Shown: in pieces, positions 34,601 to 43,525 of the stretch
Numbering within the stretch: the first letter of the stretch is position 1
How the letters are laid out: every line of letters starts with the position of its first letter
Assembly: GCA_963674865.2 (NCBI GenBank)
Contig: CAXXYE010000009.1
Coordinates: forward strand, 608,001 to 672,000
Reading direction: 5' to 3'
DNA from: Candidatus Hydrogenedentota bacterium
Lineage (GTDB): Bacteria; Hydrogenedentota; Hydrogenedentia; Hydrogenedentales; SLHB01
Length of the DNA stretch: 64,000 bases
The notes under the pieces: generated by a model
Databases searched by the model: none
What the model was told of the DNA's origin: nothing
Seen by the model: the letters and a program-made list of their open reading frames with translations, nothing else
Program-made: the position numbers and the translations under genes

Positions 34601-35072
34601 TGTCGGCCGCCGAGCGCTCCCAGCCGGCGATGTCTCCCGGCTTGAATGGCACGAGCACGTGGGATAGCAAGTCCTCGCGGTGCCGCTTGCGCCATTCGGC
34701 ACGCTCCAGCCAATCGCCGCTGTCCTCGACGAGCAATTCACGCGCCATTGGCACGTTGAACGCGAGGATATCGCCGCCTTGCGTCAGCCAGTCATGAAGC
34801 ACCGGGAGCGCGCCGACGGGCAGGGCCGAGGCATCCGGAAGCGCCAGTAAGTCCAGCTTGTGCGCAGCCAGACGCGGTGCGTCGCAGAGATCGCGATAGC
34901 CGAAGTAGGCCACCGTGTATCCTGCGTCCTCCAGTTCCTGCCCGAGGCGCTCGGCCAGTTGGCCCGGCAGGGGCCGGAAGGACTCTCTCAACACCGCCGC
35001 GTGCAACTCCGGCTCCGCGACACCGGCGGTAGTGAGCAATCCCAGAACAGGAAGAAAAACCTGAAGCAGCAT
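31677..35072 (-). CDS. Large secreted multidomain protein with a clan GH-A (GH5-like) catalytic domain
   Basis: Signal peptide; GVNYMP; AWEP (acid/base-like) and WKEAG (nucleophile-like); FFWW..ENSDYGIINPDG; CBM-like module upstream. Confidence 0.6.
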   Translation of the reverse strand: MLLQVFLPVLGLLTTAGVAEPELHAAVLRESFRPLPGQLAERLGQELEDAGYTVAYFGYRDLCDAPRLAAHKLDLLALPDASALPVGALPVLHDWLTQGGDILAFNVPMARELLVEDSGDWLERAEWRKRHREDLLSHVLVPFKPGDIAGWERSAADMRIPARYEVIAEQESPSGRALHAWVSNHNGWDTFGSPPMDAPFPEGHTLTVFFAKGEPETRELSIEWREHDGSRWIATVPLSADWQAYVLQPSDFKFWQSVEARRGTQFDPRHAERLAIGLSNTHTNVGAGKHEYYVGAFGTAPRTPLHEVMLTRLAPPALDTLAPEYKFFPCRDVAEIQVRRDQNFVSADAVPMPQEVYSSHPRPRGAGFDKGRDWRWTPLLEASTADGEWRGTPATLLIHADGPYKGGVWAAFAIRDRNWYTRPEVLELAGQVAAKIANGVFILDGGSDHYTYFEEQDMRLGARVANLARKARQVRGEMRLYRGQDILARWPWEREIAPGDACRVEEGVPAAERGPGERWSAEAVLLAEDGETPLDSVAHEVHIWRPSLEPAYVTVKDGDFMLAGRRWRVHGVNYMPSSGIGIEDGPYFEYWLGARSYDPEVIQRDLNHIAGMGMNAVSIFIYRESLEAQNLLDLLRRLQAVGLKADLSLRPGTPLEFRWEEMRELLEYYRIAEHDCIYALDLAWEPMFGNHDERAKWDTAWREWIDERYGGIENAEADWSFQAPRDGQGRVTNPLNHWTVEDGPWRVLVAAYRRFLDTLLYEYYSRARALVRSVDANHLVSYRMTEAGDPTFRWGERIPHDWPYLSAAVDVLEPEAYGRIGDWERVRPGWFQHAYARCCAPYLPMMWKEAGVNEWATDRLYPSPDEPTFKASYYRDLYRMFVGSRCDGVFFWWYPGGYRVNENSDYGIINPDGSDRAVTRCIRKHARALLDGPSPAPIDRWIVIDRDEHPDGVAGIYDEVKEEFWRAVEDGETPGLRTEATGSTTADCPMRAVGNRPYNGKNPPKYVDGIFDKVDVYAPDVGWIDVEDHGDVTLPTGTPLRLRVTCTNLGEAAWLPPRSGEETGGVWITCEDAGGRVSSFAIPGDVPRFDKADKQEITLPAGSGEYILSFLVKGRCHFGPRFRFHVAHEER

Positions 35073-35220
35073 GCCTGCGCCCTCCCGACACAGCCCAGAA
35101 CATAGCGAAGCCGCCTTGGTGGAGACAACTTGCCTCGCCGTCCTCTCACTTATCGGCATGCTATGCACCCTTCAAGGTCAACGCAGACAACTGCCCATCG
35201 GGTTTAGCCCGAAGAGTTTC

Positions 35221-37647
35221 TTAGCGGGTGCACTGTCCCCTGTTGAGATCAACGACGTCCTGGGCAACGATCTCCATCCCGCTCAGATTCACCACACGCA
35301 CGGTATGACCTTCCGGCACTCGCACGCAGTACCGAAGCGTGTTGTCTTCCTTGCGCCACCGTAGGGACACGGCCTTGTCGGCGACGGGCCTATGCCCTTC
35401 ACACCATTCGAGCGGCACATCGGTGAAGCGCACAACCACCTCTCTCTTGACGGGATCTACGTGAAGGAGGCCAAGCACATCGCGGTAGAGCGTGTGGACT
35501 ATGTGGGACGCGAATCCGTGGTTGCAGCTTGCGTAGGGCGTGACGTTCTCCCACAGGGTGCCCGTCCGCTCCGCCATATACAGCAGGTAGTCGATGGACT
35601 CGCCCATGATCTGGGCGCAGTGGCCCTGCGTCGAGAGCAGCTCGACGCGCAGCATATTACCAATGAAGGAATTCGCCGGAAAAACATCCGCGCACGCTCC
35701 GGATTCCTGTCGTCTTGGGCCGAATTCCTCCCGCACTTTCCGCCATAGCTCTGGGTGGGAGCTAGGCGTTGCGACACCACTATAGAATGCCAAGTACTGG
35801 CAAACCTCCGTGCGGTTGCGCGTGATCTCGAGTCCGGCGTCGGTGCGTATAGCGTTGTCCACAAAGAAATCGCCGTCGTAACTTTGCTTGCGGATGACAT
35901 CGCGAACCTGTTGAGCCTGCGTCTTCAATGCGCCCACGCCGTATAGACGGCCCGCCGCGTCCAGAGCCCGGGCATAAACCATGCTGTTCGGGTAGTTCAC
36001 ATCCTGAACAAACTTGTTCGCCGCGGACCATTCCACAAATACCCACCCGTCGAGACTCTCGAGCAATCCATCTTCGTTCTTGAAGCCTTCGAAGTAATCA
36101 AAAAGGCCGAAGACCTTGGGCCGGAGTGCAGCCACGAGCGCGTCATCGCCGCTGCGCGCGGCGTATTCTTCCAACTGGATCACGAACCACAGTCCCCAAC
36201 TGGGAATGAAGGCGCCGTCATAGTGGTCGGAGGGATAGCACATGGGGAGCATGCCGTCCGGAAGATGCTCGAAGCGTTCCGGCAGGAGGTAGTTCTCAAA
36301 GAAATTCTTCTCAACGGACGTACGCCCGGACAAGTCGAAGGCCACGCGCGACGTGAAAAAGCTGTCGCAAAGCCAGCCAGCCCGCTCGCGGGAGGGACAG
36401 TCCATGAAGATATCGACAGCGTTTTGGACGAACGTCTCGCGTCCTGCGGCAAACAGGCGGTTGAGGCGCTCATCGCTACACGTGAAGCCGGCGTTCTCTA
36501 CGTCAGGATTCGCATATTCCCGCAGATACACGTCTGAAACCGTACATGTTCCGGCCACGTCTAGCAGTTTCAGATAGCGCAATGTGTAGGGCTCGAAGGT
36601 TTCAACTGAGTACGTGCCCGGCGGCATGTCATACTCGACGGCCTGCACGCAGCTCATCCGGCGGAAGTCCACATCGCCGTCAACAAGGATCTCGTCGAAC
36701 ACGAAGAAGAGGCGGCACGCTTCATGGCAAGTGATAGTGCCGCCGATGAAACCTGTCAAGTTGGTGCCAAGATCAGCCAACGCATAGGTCTTTTCTCCGA
36801 GCTTAATTGAGGAGAAAGGGGCCTTCTTGAAAGACGCCTCGGGGACGCTACGTATACGCTGAAGTTCCGTCGAAACCACATGATCCAATTCGTCTTCAGG
36901 ATAGCCTTCGAGCGTGGGGCCTATTCCGCTCAACGATCGGTCCTTCCAGATCGTATCCGCCTCCACGCCCGTTTCGACAGTCCCACACGCTATTAAATCC
37001 GAGGCGGGGCGCTTCGCGAAGGAGGGGTAAGGGACACGTCTAGGCAAGAGTCGAACATCCGGCTGGATTGAACACGGCGCCGCGGGAAACGAGGCTTCCG
37101 GGTCGGTGCGCCATTGGGCGTAATCCTCTTCAAGCCGGTACACCTCGATAAACGGGCGCTGGTAGCTGTAGCGTTGGATCTTCTGCACCCGCTCAAAGAG
37201 GATGCTTGCCTCGAACGGTGTGGCCTTGGTACCCGTGGCGGCCAGCACCTGCTCTTCCGACATGATTTCGGCCTGCAAGAAGGATGGCTGGTCCAGCACA
37301 TAAAAGCTGTTGACGTTGTATCCGGCCACTTCGATGGCAACGACAGCCGGCGTCGATCCAAGGAAGCCCGTGATGTCCCACGTGTCGATGCGGAAGTACT
37401 TGTGCGCAGCTCTTGCCGGGCCACACCCAATGAATCGTCCGTCCACAAACACTCGGTACAGCGTCGAGGCGGTTAGCCGCAGCACCACTGTTTCTCCCGG
37501 CACGTCACGCACCACGGTGCGATAACGAACCGATAGGTTCTGCTCCTGCTCACGTCCCTCTGGCCAGATCGGCCGTGCTGAACGAAAGCCACTCTCTTGT
37601 ATTGACGCCGAAGCAGCATGTGACACGAACAGAACAGCGGCAAACAC
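35221..37647 (-). CDS. GH78-like alpha-L-rhamnosidase
   Basis: GPARA, MDCPSRERAGWLCD, FVEWS, TGTLWE and ASCNHGF; GTG start with RBS AGGAGAGG. Confidence 0.8.
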   Translation of the reverse strand: MFAAVLFVSHAASASIQESGFRSARPIWPEGREQEQNLSVRYRTVVRDVPGETVVLRLTASTLYRVFVDGRFIGCGPARAAHKYFRIDTWDITGFLGSTPAVVAIEVAGYNVNSFYVLDQPSFLQAEIMSEEQVLAATGTKATPFEASILFERVQKIQRYSYQRPFIEVYRLEEDYAQWRTDPEASFPAAPCSIQPDVRLLPRRVPYPSFAKRPASDLIACGTVETGVEADTIWKDRSLSGIGPTLEGYPEDELDHVVSTELQRIRSVPEASFKKAPFSSIKLGEKTYALADLGTNLTGFIGGTITCHEACRLFFVFDEILVDGDVDFRRMSCVQAVEYDMPPGTYSVETFEPYTLRYLKLLDVAGTCTVSDVYLREYANPDVENAGFTCSDERLNRLFAAGRETFVQNAVDIFMDCPSRERAGWLCDSFFTSRVAFDLSGRTSVEKNFFENYLLPERFEHLPDGMLPMCYPSDHYDGAFIPSWGLWFVIQLEEYAARSGDDALVAALRPKVFGLFDYFEGFKNEDGLLESLDGWVFVEWSAANKFVQDVNYPNSMVYARALDAAGRLYGVGALKTQAQQVRDVIRKQSYDGDFFVDNAIRTDAGLEITRNRTEVCQYLAFYSGVATPSSHPELWRKVREEFGPRRQESGACADVFPANSFIGNMLRVELLSTQGHCAQIMGESIDYLLYMAERTGTLWENVTPYASCNHGFASHIVHTLYRDVLGLLHVDPVKREVVVRFTDVPLEWCEGHRPVADKAVSLRWRKEDNTLRYCVRVPEGHTVRVVNLSGMEIVAQDVVDLNRGQCTR

Positions 37648-37944
37648 GTGACCTCTCCTTGCCTGCGAATGGCTGAAATAGTAAGTATCCCCCGGCAGAG
37701 CCGGAGGACCTCCCAACGTTAGGCTAGCACAGAACAGGCCGGGGAAACCTGTCTTGTGGCGCGGCTTGGCGCTATAAGCGGGAGTGCTCGCTGAGTTGGT
37801 CAGGTATCTGGCGCGGCTCCTGGTTACTAGCCTATGATGTTCATAGCGGGTATCGAGTCCTCGAATCAATAGCCATGGCCCTGGTGGGTGTGCCGATACC
37901 CGCAACGCGGCCAGGTTGAACGTTGGGCAATAGGAGGAAAAGAT

Positions 37945-38295
37945 ATGCTGCCGGAGCGGAAGAGGTTCGGGACGGACTGGATCGATGCGTGGAACTCCCA
38001 CGATCTCGATCGCATACTCTGTCATTACTCAGACGACGTCGAAGTGACGACGCCGATGGTCAAGGTGGCCCTCGGGACGGATGAGGGAACCGTCCGCGGC
38101 AAGGTGCAGGTCCGCCGGTACTGGGAAGCGGCGCTCAAGAAGGTGCCTGATCTGCATTTCGAGTTGGTAGAATCAACGCAGGGCGTCGATTCGATCGCCC
38201 TGTATTACAAGTCCGTCATGGGGAAGATGGCCATCGAGGTTATGTTCTTCAACGACGTCGGCAAAGTGCGCCGAGTCGTCGCCCACTACACCTGA
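37945..38295 (+). CDS. SnoaL-like / NTF2 family protein
   Basis: WIDAWNSHDLDRILCHYSDD...YW..AL..PDLHFEL; RBS AGGAGG. Confidence 0.88.
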   Translation: MLPERKRFGTDWIDAWNSHDLDRILCHYSDDVEVTTPMVKVALGTDEGTVRGKVQVRRYWEAALKKVPDLHFELVESTQGVDSIALYYKSVMGKMAIEVMFFNDVGKVRRVVAHYT

Positions 38296-38525
38296 CGGGA
38301 AGGATCTGTAGGCCATGTATCCCCTGCCTTGTAGTTCGCGCAACACACGGAATTGATGGGGTGGCACCCTCTTACACCCAGCGTTAGGGATAACACAAGC
38401 ACTTGTCGATAGCTGCTGGCAGAGTGTAGGATGAGCGTGGCACCTTGGTAGGGGAATGATATCTTGCGAGAGAAACGGGGACTCTGTGCACAGGCAAGGT
38501 TCCGACCAAACTCGGAGGTGTTATC

Positions 38526-40145
38526 GTGAGCGATTCGATTTCTGGAGTTACTGGAGTCCTCTGGCTGGTTGCCGTGCTCATGCCCAATGCTTTGCTCTCC
38601 GCTGAGACAGCGTCCCAGCATGACTTGACGCCGGAATTGGTCTATGCCACGGCTTCGCCTTTTGTGGTACAGATCGTCACAGAGGATGACCTCGGAAACA
38701 CTAACGGAAAGGGGTCCGGTTTCATTGTGGGACACAGGGACATCGCGACCAATACCGAATACCTGGCTGGCGTCGTTGCAACCAATTACCATGTAATCAG
38801 GTCTGCGGTAAGGGCTGAAGCCAGGTTCTCAGATGGATCAACTGCCAAGGTTCTTGCCGTCATAGGTGAGAATGACAAAGCCGATGTGGCCCTCGTCACG
38901 GTGCTCAAGAGACCGCCAAGCTATCTCGGAATGGACTTGAACTCGACTCCGCTCATCGGCTCAAGAGTCTTTGCGATCGGCAGCCCGCTAGGGTTGACGA
39001 ATACTCTCAGCGAAGGGATCGTCAGCGGGTATCGCAGACTGGGGAGTTCGGGACAGCAATGGCTTCAGATCACTGCGCCGATCAGTCCTGGGTCCAGTGG
39101 GGGGGCCGTTCTCTCTGCTCAAGGCAAAGTGATCGGTATGACAACGGCGTCTCTCTCAGGTGGGCAAAACCTCAATTTCGCAGTTCCGGCTACCGAAATC
39201 CAGAGACTACTCGACACGCCTGGACAGTCAAGGGCCTTGTGGAAAGGGACAAGTATACTTGAAGAGAAGAATCAGGCCCTTGCGCAGATTTGTCAGGAGT
39301 TTGTGGATACGTGGAAGCCAGAGGATAAGGCCGCGTACTGGGAAGCCCGCGCTAACGGCGACACTGCTGCAGAGGATAGCATCTGGACGAGAAACATCCC
39401 AGAGAAACTAGCGTCGTGTGACTTGGCAGTGCTGATTCTGAAAGCGGACACCGTCCGCAGGGACGAAGGGATCAAGATACTCCGCTACGCTATAGAGCGC
39501 AGTGGCAAATCGAAGCCCCGAGAGACGGCCTCGAATAAGTCCAAGGTAGTTGGCTTGTCAACATCTTTGGCTCACAGTCCCTCCGATGACTATCTGTATC
39601 TTGCGTACTTTCGGCTCGGTGAGTTCCATTTCTGTGAGTCTATGAGTCAGAAGACGAAGGGCCGGAAGTACGAGAAACAAGCAGAAGAGGCAATAGAAGC
39701 ATTCACAAAGGCGGCTGGGCTCAATCCAGGTTTCTCGCCCGCATTCAATATGGCTGCGTTGCTGCACGGGACACTGGGCCGTCACCGGGAGGCGTTGGGC
39801 GCAGCAGAGACCTTAGTCCGGCTAGTGCCGCGTTGCTCCGAAGCATACAGACAACGCGGGGACATCCTGTTAGCGCTAGAGCGGCCGGAGGCGGCCGTGA
39901 AGGACTTCCTGGAATCCATAGACCTCGTGCCGAGGAGTCTTCTGTCCTATTTGGGTGCAGCTGATGCGTATAGGAAGATGAGGGACTATGAAAAGGCCGT
40001 GGCCATCTTGCGAGCAGGGCTGGAGCTAATGCCGGATCAAGGCATCTTGTACCGGCAGCTTGGTTCTATATATGTGGACATGGGCAAGGATGAGCAGGCC
40101 CTCTCAGCTTTTGAGGAGGCAGAATCTCTTGAGTCGGGCAAATGA
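38526..40145 (+). CDS. Secreted trypsin-like serine protease with TPR repeats
   Basis: Catalytic triad contexts TNYHV, ADVAL and ISPGSSGG; C-terminal TPRs; RBS GGAGGT. Confidence 0.85.
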   Translation: MSDSISGVTGVLWLVAVLMPNALLSAETASQHDLTPELVYATASPFVVQIVTEDDLGNTNGKGSGFIVGHRDIATNTEYLAGVVATNYHVIRSAVRAEARFSDGSTAKVLAVIGENDKADVALVTVLKRPPSYLGMDLNSTPLIGSRVFAIGSPLGLTNTLSEGIVSGYRRLGSSGQQWLQITAPISPGSSGGAVLSAQGKVIGMTTASLSGGQNLNFAVPATEIQRLLDTPGQSRALWKGTSILEEKNQALAQICQEFVDTWKPEDKAAYWEARANGDTAAEDSIWTRNIPEKLASCDLAVLILKADTVRRDEGIKILRYAIERSGKSKPRETASNKSKVVGLSTSLAHSPSDDYLYLAYFRLGEFHFCESMSQKTKGRKYEKQAEEAIEAFTKAAGLNPGFSPAFNMAALLHGTLGRHREALGAAETLVRLVPRCSEAYRQRGDILLALERPEAAVKDFLESIDLVPRSLLSYLGAADAYRKMRDYEKAVAILRAGLELMPDQGILYRQLGSIYVDMGKDEQALSAFEEAESLESGK

Positions 40146-40358
40146 TGCCGTCAAGAGTCCGCGTACACACTCCACCTACAATGCTACAGAGATTCGGTGC
40201 CGCGTACCGTTAAGTCGCCTCAACAGCGTGGTGCCGTTGCCCCGCTGTTGAAGGGAGGCATGGAGGATAGGAGCTGGCACTTGCGCTCTTGGGCCTCCTG
40301 ATAGGCAGACACGCACGGTGGCCCCGAGCGGTTTGGTCGGCCACAGGAAGACAGATCC

Positions 40359-41432
40359 ATGTATCCCCTATGGGAACCTACGATACCTTTTCCGGCGCGT
40401 GATGGCTTGTCCTATCCCGAAGGCGCCGTGGATGTGGTGGTGCATCGCGCTGGGGAAGATCAATATAACTTCCTGCACGATGCTGCGGTTGTCGCCCATG
40501 ACGGAGCGCTCTTCGCGGCGTGGTACAACTGCCCCGAGGGCGAGATGACGGGGGAATCCTGCATCCGGTGCCGCCGATCCACGGATGCCGGGGCGACGTG
40601 GTCGGCCCCCGAAGTCATCACGAGTGACGCGGCCAACGCGGGCATCCTGTACGTGCCCGTCGCCTTTCTCTCGCACGCCGGAACCCTCTACGCCTTCGTC
40701 TCGAACATGATCGGCCCCGATCTCGTCACCGCATGCGAGATCTTTGTCCTTGAGCCGGACTCGGCCGTTGGCGCGTGGCGTTCCGCGGGATTCATCGCGG
40801 AAGGATTTCTGCCGAATTGCGCTCCCGTGCTCATGGATGACGGCCATTTCATCATGGCGGGCCGCGTGGCCCCATCGCCGGGAGAAAAGGCCCTCATCCC
40901 CGCCGTCGCCATCGGCCGCGCCGCCGATCCCGCTCGCCCGTGGGAGGTGCTACACCTTTTGCCGGATGGCCGGGCGCCCGGCGGCGCGCAGCTCCCGTAT
41001 CCCGAGACTAGCGTCATTGTCGAGGGCGGCGAAGTCACCGCGCTCGTCCGCAATGATCACGGCAACGCGCTGCTCCTGTTGAGCACCGACTACGGCCGCT
41101 CGTCGTCGCCGCCCCAGGAACATAACTTCCCCATCGGCGCGGCGAAGGCGTATGCGGGCGTACTCAGTACGGGCCAGCGCTACCTGCTGTCGAACACACC
41201 CGCGTCGGGCTACCGTGAGTTGCTCACCCTCGCCGTGAGCCGGCCGGGCGACACGTCCTTCCGCGCCATGTGGAAGATCCGCGATGGGTATGCGGGCCGC
41301 CTGGCCGCCGGCCCGGAGTGGTCTTATCCCTGCGCCGTCGAGCACCAGGGCCGCCTCTTCATCGTCTATACCTCCGCGAAAAAGCACTGCGTCATGACGT
41401 CGGCGCCTATTTCCTCGCTCGCGGCAGACTAG
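40359..41432 (+). CDS. Sialidase-like BNR/Asp-box protein
   Basis: Asp-box STDAGATWS, degenerate STDYGRSSS, and WSYP motif. Confidence 0.75.
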   Translation: MYPLWEPTIPFPARDGLSYPEGAVDVVVHRAGEDQYNFLHDAAVVAHDGALFAAWYNCPEGEMTGESCIRCRRSTDAGATWSAPEVITSDAANAGILYVPVAFLSHAGTLYAFVSNMIGPDLVTACEIFVLEPDSAVGAWRSAGFIAEGFLPNCAPVLMDDGHFIMAGRVAPSPGEKALIPAVAIGRAADPARPWEVLHLLPDGRAPGGAQLPYPETSVIVEGGEVTALVRNDHGNALLLLSTDYGRSSSPPQEHNFPIGAAKAYAGVLSTGQRYLLSNTPASGYRELLTLAVSRPGDTSFRAMWKIRDGYAGRLAAGPEWSYPCAVEHQGRLFIVYTSAKKHCVMTSAPISSLAAD

Positions 41433-41640
41433 AGGCTATCCCAAGACCTCTGCAGAGGCTACCAACGGGAAGCGGCCGTGCCCGAGGCCAACCAGGCCGT
41501 CTTTCCCGCGCACGCGCGAATCCAGTGTCTTAGGGGCGTTTCGACAACGCGTCTCTGGATACCCGCCTTCGCGGGCATGACGTCTTCGCTCGAAACAGGG
41601 AAGGAAGCGAGGCCACATCCGCTTCTGGGATAGCTTCTAG
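41429..41640. mobile_element. MITE-like element with CTAG-bounded terminal inverted repeats and an internal REP-type hairpin
   Basis: CTAGAGGCTATCCCA / TGGGATAGCTTCTAG (14/15 inverted match); internal GTCTTTCCCGCG..GAATCCAG...CTGGATACCCGCCTTCGCGGGCATGAC at 41499-41581. Confidence 0.6.
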
Positions 41641-41705
41641 TCGTATGACTCACACTGATGGCGTCTTATTCTTGCCGCGAGAAGCGAGGCAAGAAGCAAG
41701 GACAG

Positions 41706-41917
41706 AGGAGCCGTTGAAAAAGTCCGGAGTTGCCGCACGCAGGCCGCGAAAGGACCTGGGACAGTGGGGCCGTTGAAAAAGTCCAGAGTTGCCGGACGCA
41801 GGCCGCGAAAGGACCTGGGACAGTCCCGTCTGCGTCCGCCTACGGCGGACTCCGCTTGGGACAGTCCCGGTGTTTCGCTCAACCTCTGGGGCGAATGCGA
41901 CTTTTTCAACAGCTCCT
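41706..41917. mobile_element. MITE-like element with 19-bp terminal inverted repeats and an internal 59-bp tandem duplication
   Basis: AGGAGCCGTTGAAAAAGTC / GACTTTTTCAACAGCTCCT (18/19); direct repeats 41710-41768 and 41769-41827; GGGACAGTCCC palindromes. Confidence 0.65.
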
Positions 41918-42070
41918 CAGTCCCCGTTCTTCGCTCATTCTTGGCGCTTCTTCATCCCCAGATAAGCAACGTCGATTGTAAGTCAGAACACGAGCCGCCG
42001 CCGGGTTGTATGCGGCGTGTGCCTTGAGTAAGCTGAGTTCCATTCCATCAAGGGGAAGGAGAGTATCCCG

Positions 42071-43525
42071 ATGAGAGCCATTATGGTGATGTTCGATTCA
42101 CTCAACCGCCACATGCTGCCGCCCTATGGCTGCGACTGGGTTCACGCGCCGAATTTCGCGCGCCTCGCCGAGCGCTCGGTTACCTTCACGCGCTCGTATG
42201 TGGGCAGCATGCCGTGCATGCCGGCCCGGCGCGAACTCCACACCGGCCGCTACAACTTCCTCCATAGGAGTTGGGGGCCCGTCGAGCCTTTCGACGACTC
42301 GACGCCGCAGATCCTCAAGCAGAATGGGATCTACACGCATTTGAGCACCGATCACTACCACTATTGGGAAGACGGCGGCGCTACGTACCACCAACGCTAC
42401 AATTCCTTCGCGTTTTTCCGCGGCCAGGAGGGGGACTTCTGGAAGGCCGAGGTCAAAGATCCCGAACTGCCGGCCCATTTGGGCAACATGTGGCGCTCGG
42501 ACATGATCAATCGCAAGTACATGAACCGCGAGGAGCTTCAGCCCCAGTCAGGCACTTTCGCCAATGGCATCGAGTTCCTCCGTGCCAATCACGCCGAGGA
42601 CAACTGGTTCCTCCACATCGAGACCTTCGATCCCCACGAGCCGTATTTCACGCAGCAGCACTACAAGGACCTCTATCCCCACGATTACGACGGCCCCATG
42701 TTCGACTGGCCCAAGTATGGCCGCGTCACCGAGACGCCGGAGCAGGTGCAGCACTGCCGCTACGAGAACGCCGCGCTAGTCAGCATGTGCGACGCCAACC
42801 TCGGCAAAGTCCTCGACCTCATGGACGAACTTGACCTCTGGAAGGACACGCTCCTCATCGTCAACACCGACCACGGCTTCCTCCTCGGCGAGCACGACTA
42901 CTGGGCTAAGTGCATCGAGCCGTTCTACGAGGAGGTATCGCACACGCCGCTGTTTATATGGGATCCGCGCTGCATGCGCGCGGGCGAGGAATGCGACGCC
43001 CTTGTCCAAACCATCGACCTGCCCGCGACGCTCCTCGAGTACTTCGGCATTGAGCGCCCGTCGGACATGCAAGGGGCGCCGTTGCGCGAGACAGTCGCCG
43101 CCGATGTCCCCGTTCGCGAAGCCGCCCTGTTCGGGCTCCACGGCGCGCACGTCAATGTCACCGACGGGCGCTACGTCTACATGCGCGCGCCCGTTTCCCC
43201 CGAAAACCAGCCGCTCTACAACTACACGGTCATGCCCACGCACATGCGCGGCCTGTTCCATCTCGATGAGTTCGACGGCGTCGAGCTTGCTGAGCCTTTT
43301 GCCTTCACCAAGGACTGCAAGACGCTGAAGTGCAAGGCCGTGAAGGCGGGGGATTATCACCAATACGGCACGCTCCTGTTCGATCTCGAAAAGGATCCCA
43401 AACAGGAGCATCCCATCGAGGACGCCGACATCGAGCAGCGCATGATCGCCCTCATGCTCCGCCTCATGAAGGAAACCGACGCCCCACCCGAGCAGTACCA
43501 GCGCCTGGGATTGCCGCAGCCATGA
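42071..43525 (+). CDS. Sulfatase (Cys-type formylglycine)
   Basis: CMPARRELHTGR (CxPxR), DPHEP and TDHG. Confidence 0.92.
   Translation: MRAIMVMFDSLNRHMLPPYGCDWVHAPNFARLAERSVTFTRSYVGSMPCMPARRELHTGRYNFLHRSWGPVEPFDDSTPQILKQNGIYTHLSTDHYHYWEDGGATYHQRYNSFAFFRGQEGDFWKAEVKDPELPAHLGNMWRSDMINRKYMNREELQPQSGTFANGIEFLRANHAEDNWFLHIETFDPHEPYFTQQHYKDLYPHDYDGPMFDWPKYGRVTETPEQVQHCRYENAALVSMCDANLGKVLDLMDELDLWKDTLLIVNTDHGFLLGEHDYWAKCIEPFYEEVSHTPLFIWDPRCMRAGEECDALVQTIDLPATLLEYFGIERPSDMQGAPLRETVAADVPVREAALFGLHGAHVNVTDGRYVYMRAPVSPENQPLYNYTVMPTHMRGLFHLDEFDGVELAEPFAFTKDCKTLKCKAVKAGDYHQYGTLLFDLEKDPKQEHPIEDADIEQRMIALMLRLMKETDAPPEQYQRLGLPQP

Noticed and set aside
37648..38025. 126-aa N-terminal extension of the GH78 ORF in the track
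   Set aside because: Overlaps the SnoaL gene; a strong RBS supports the GTG start at 37647.
41710..41827. Direct repeats as a possible CRISPR array
   Set aside because: Only two abutting 59-bp copies with no unique spacers and no cas genes; better explained as a duplication inside a MITE.
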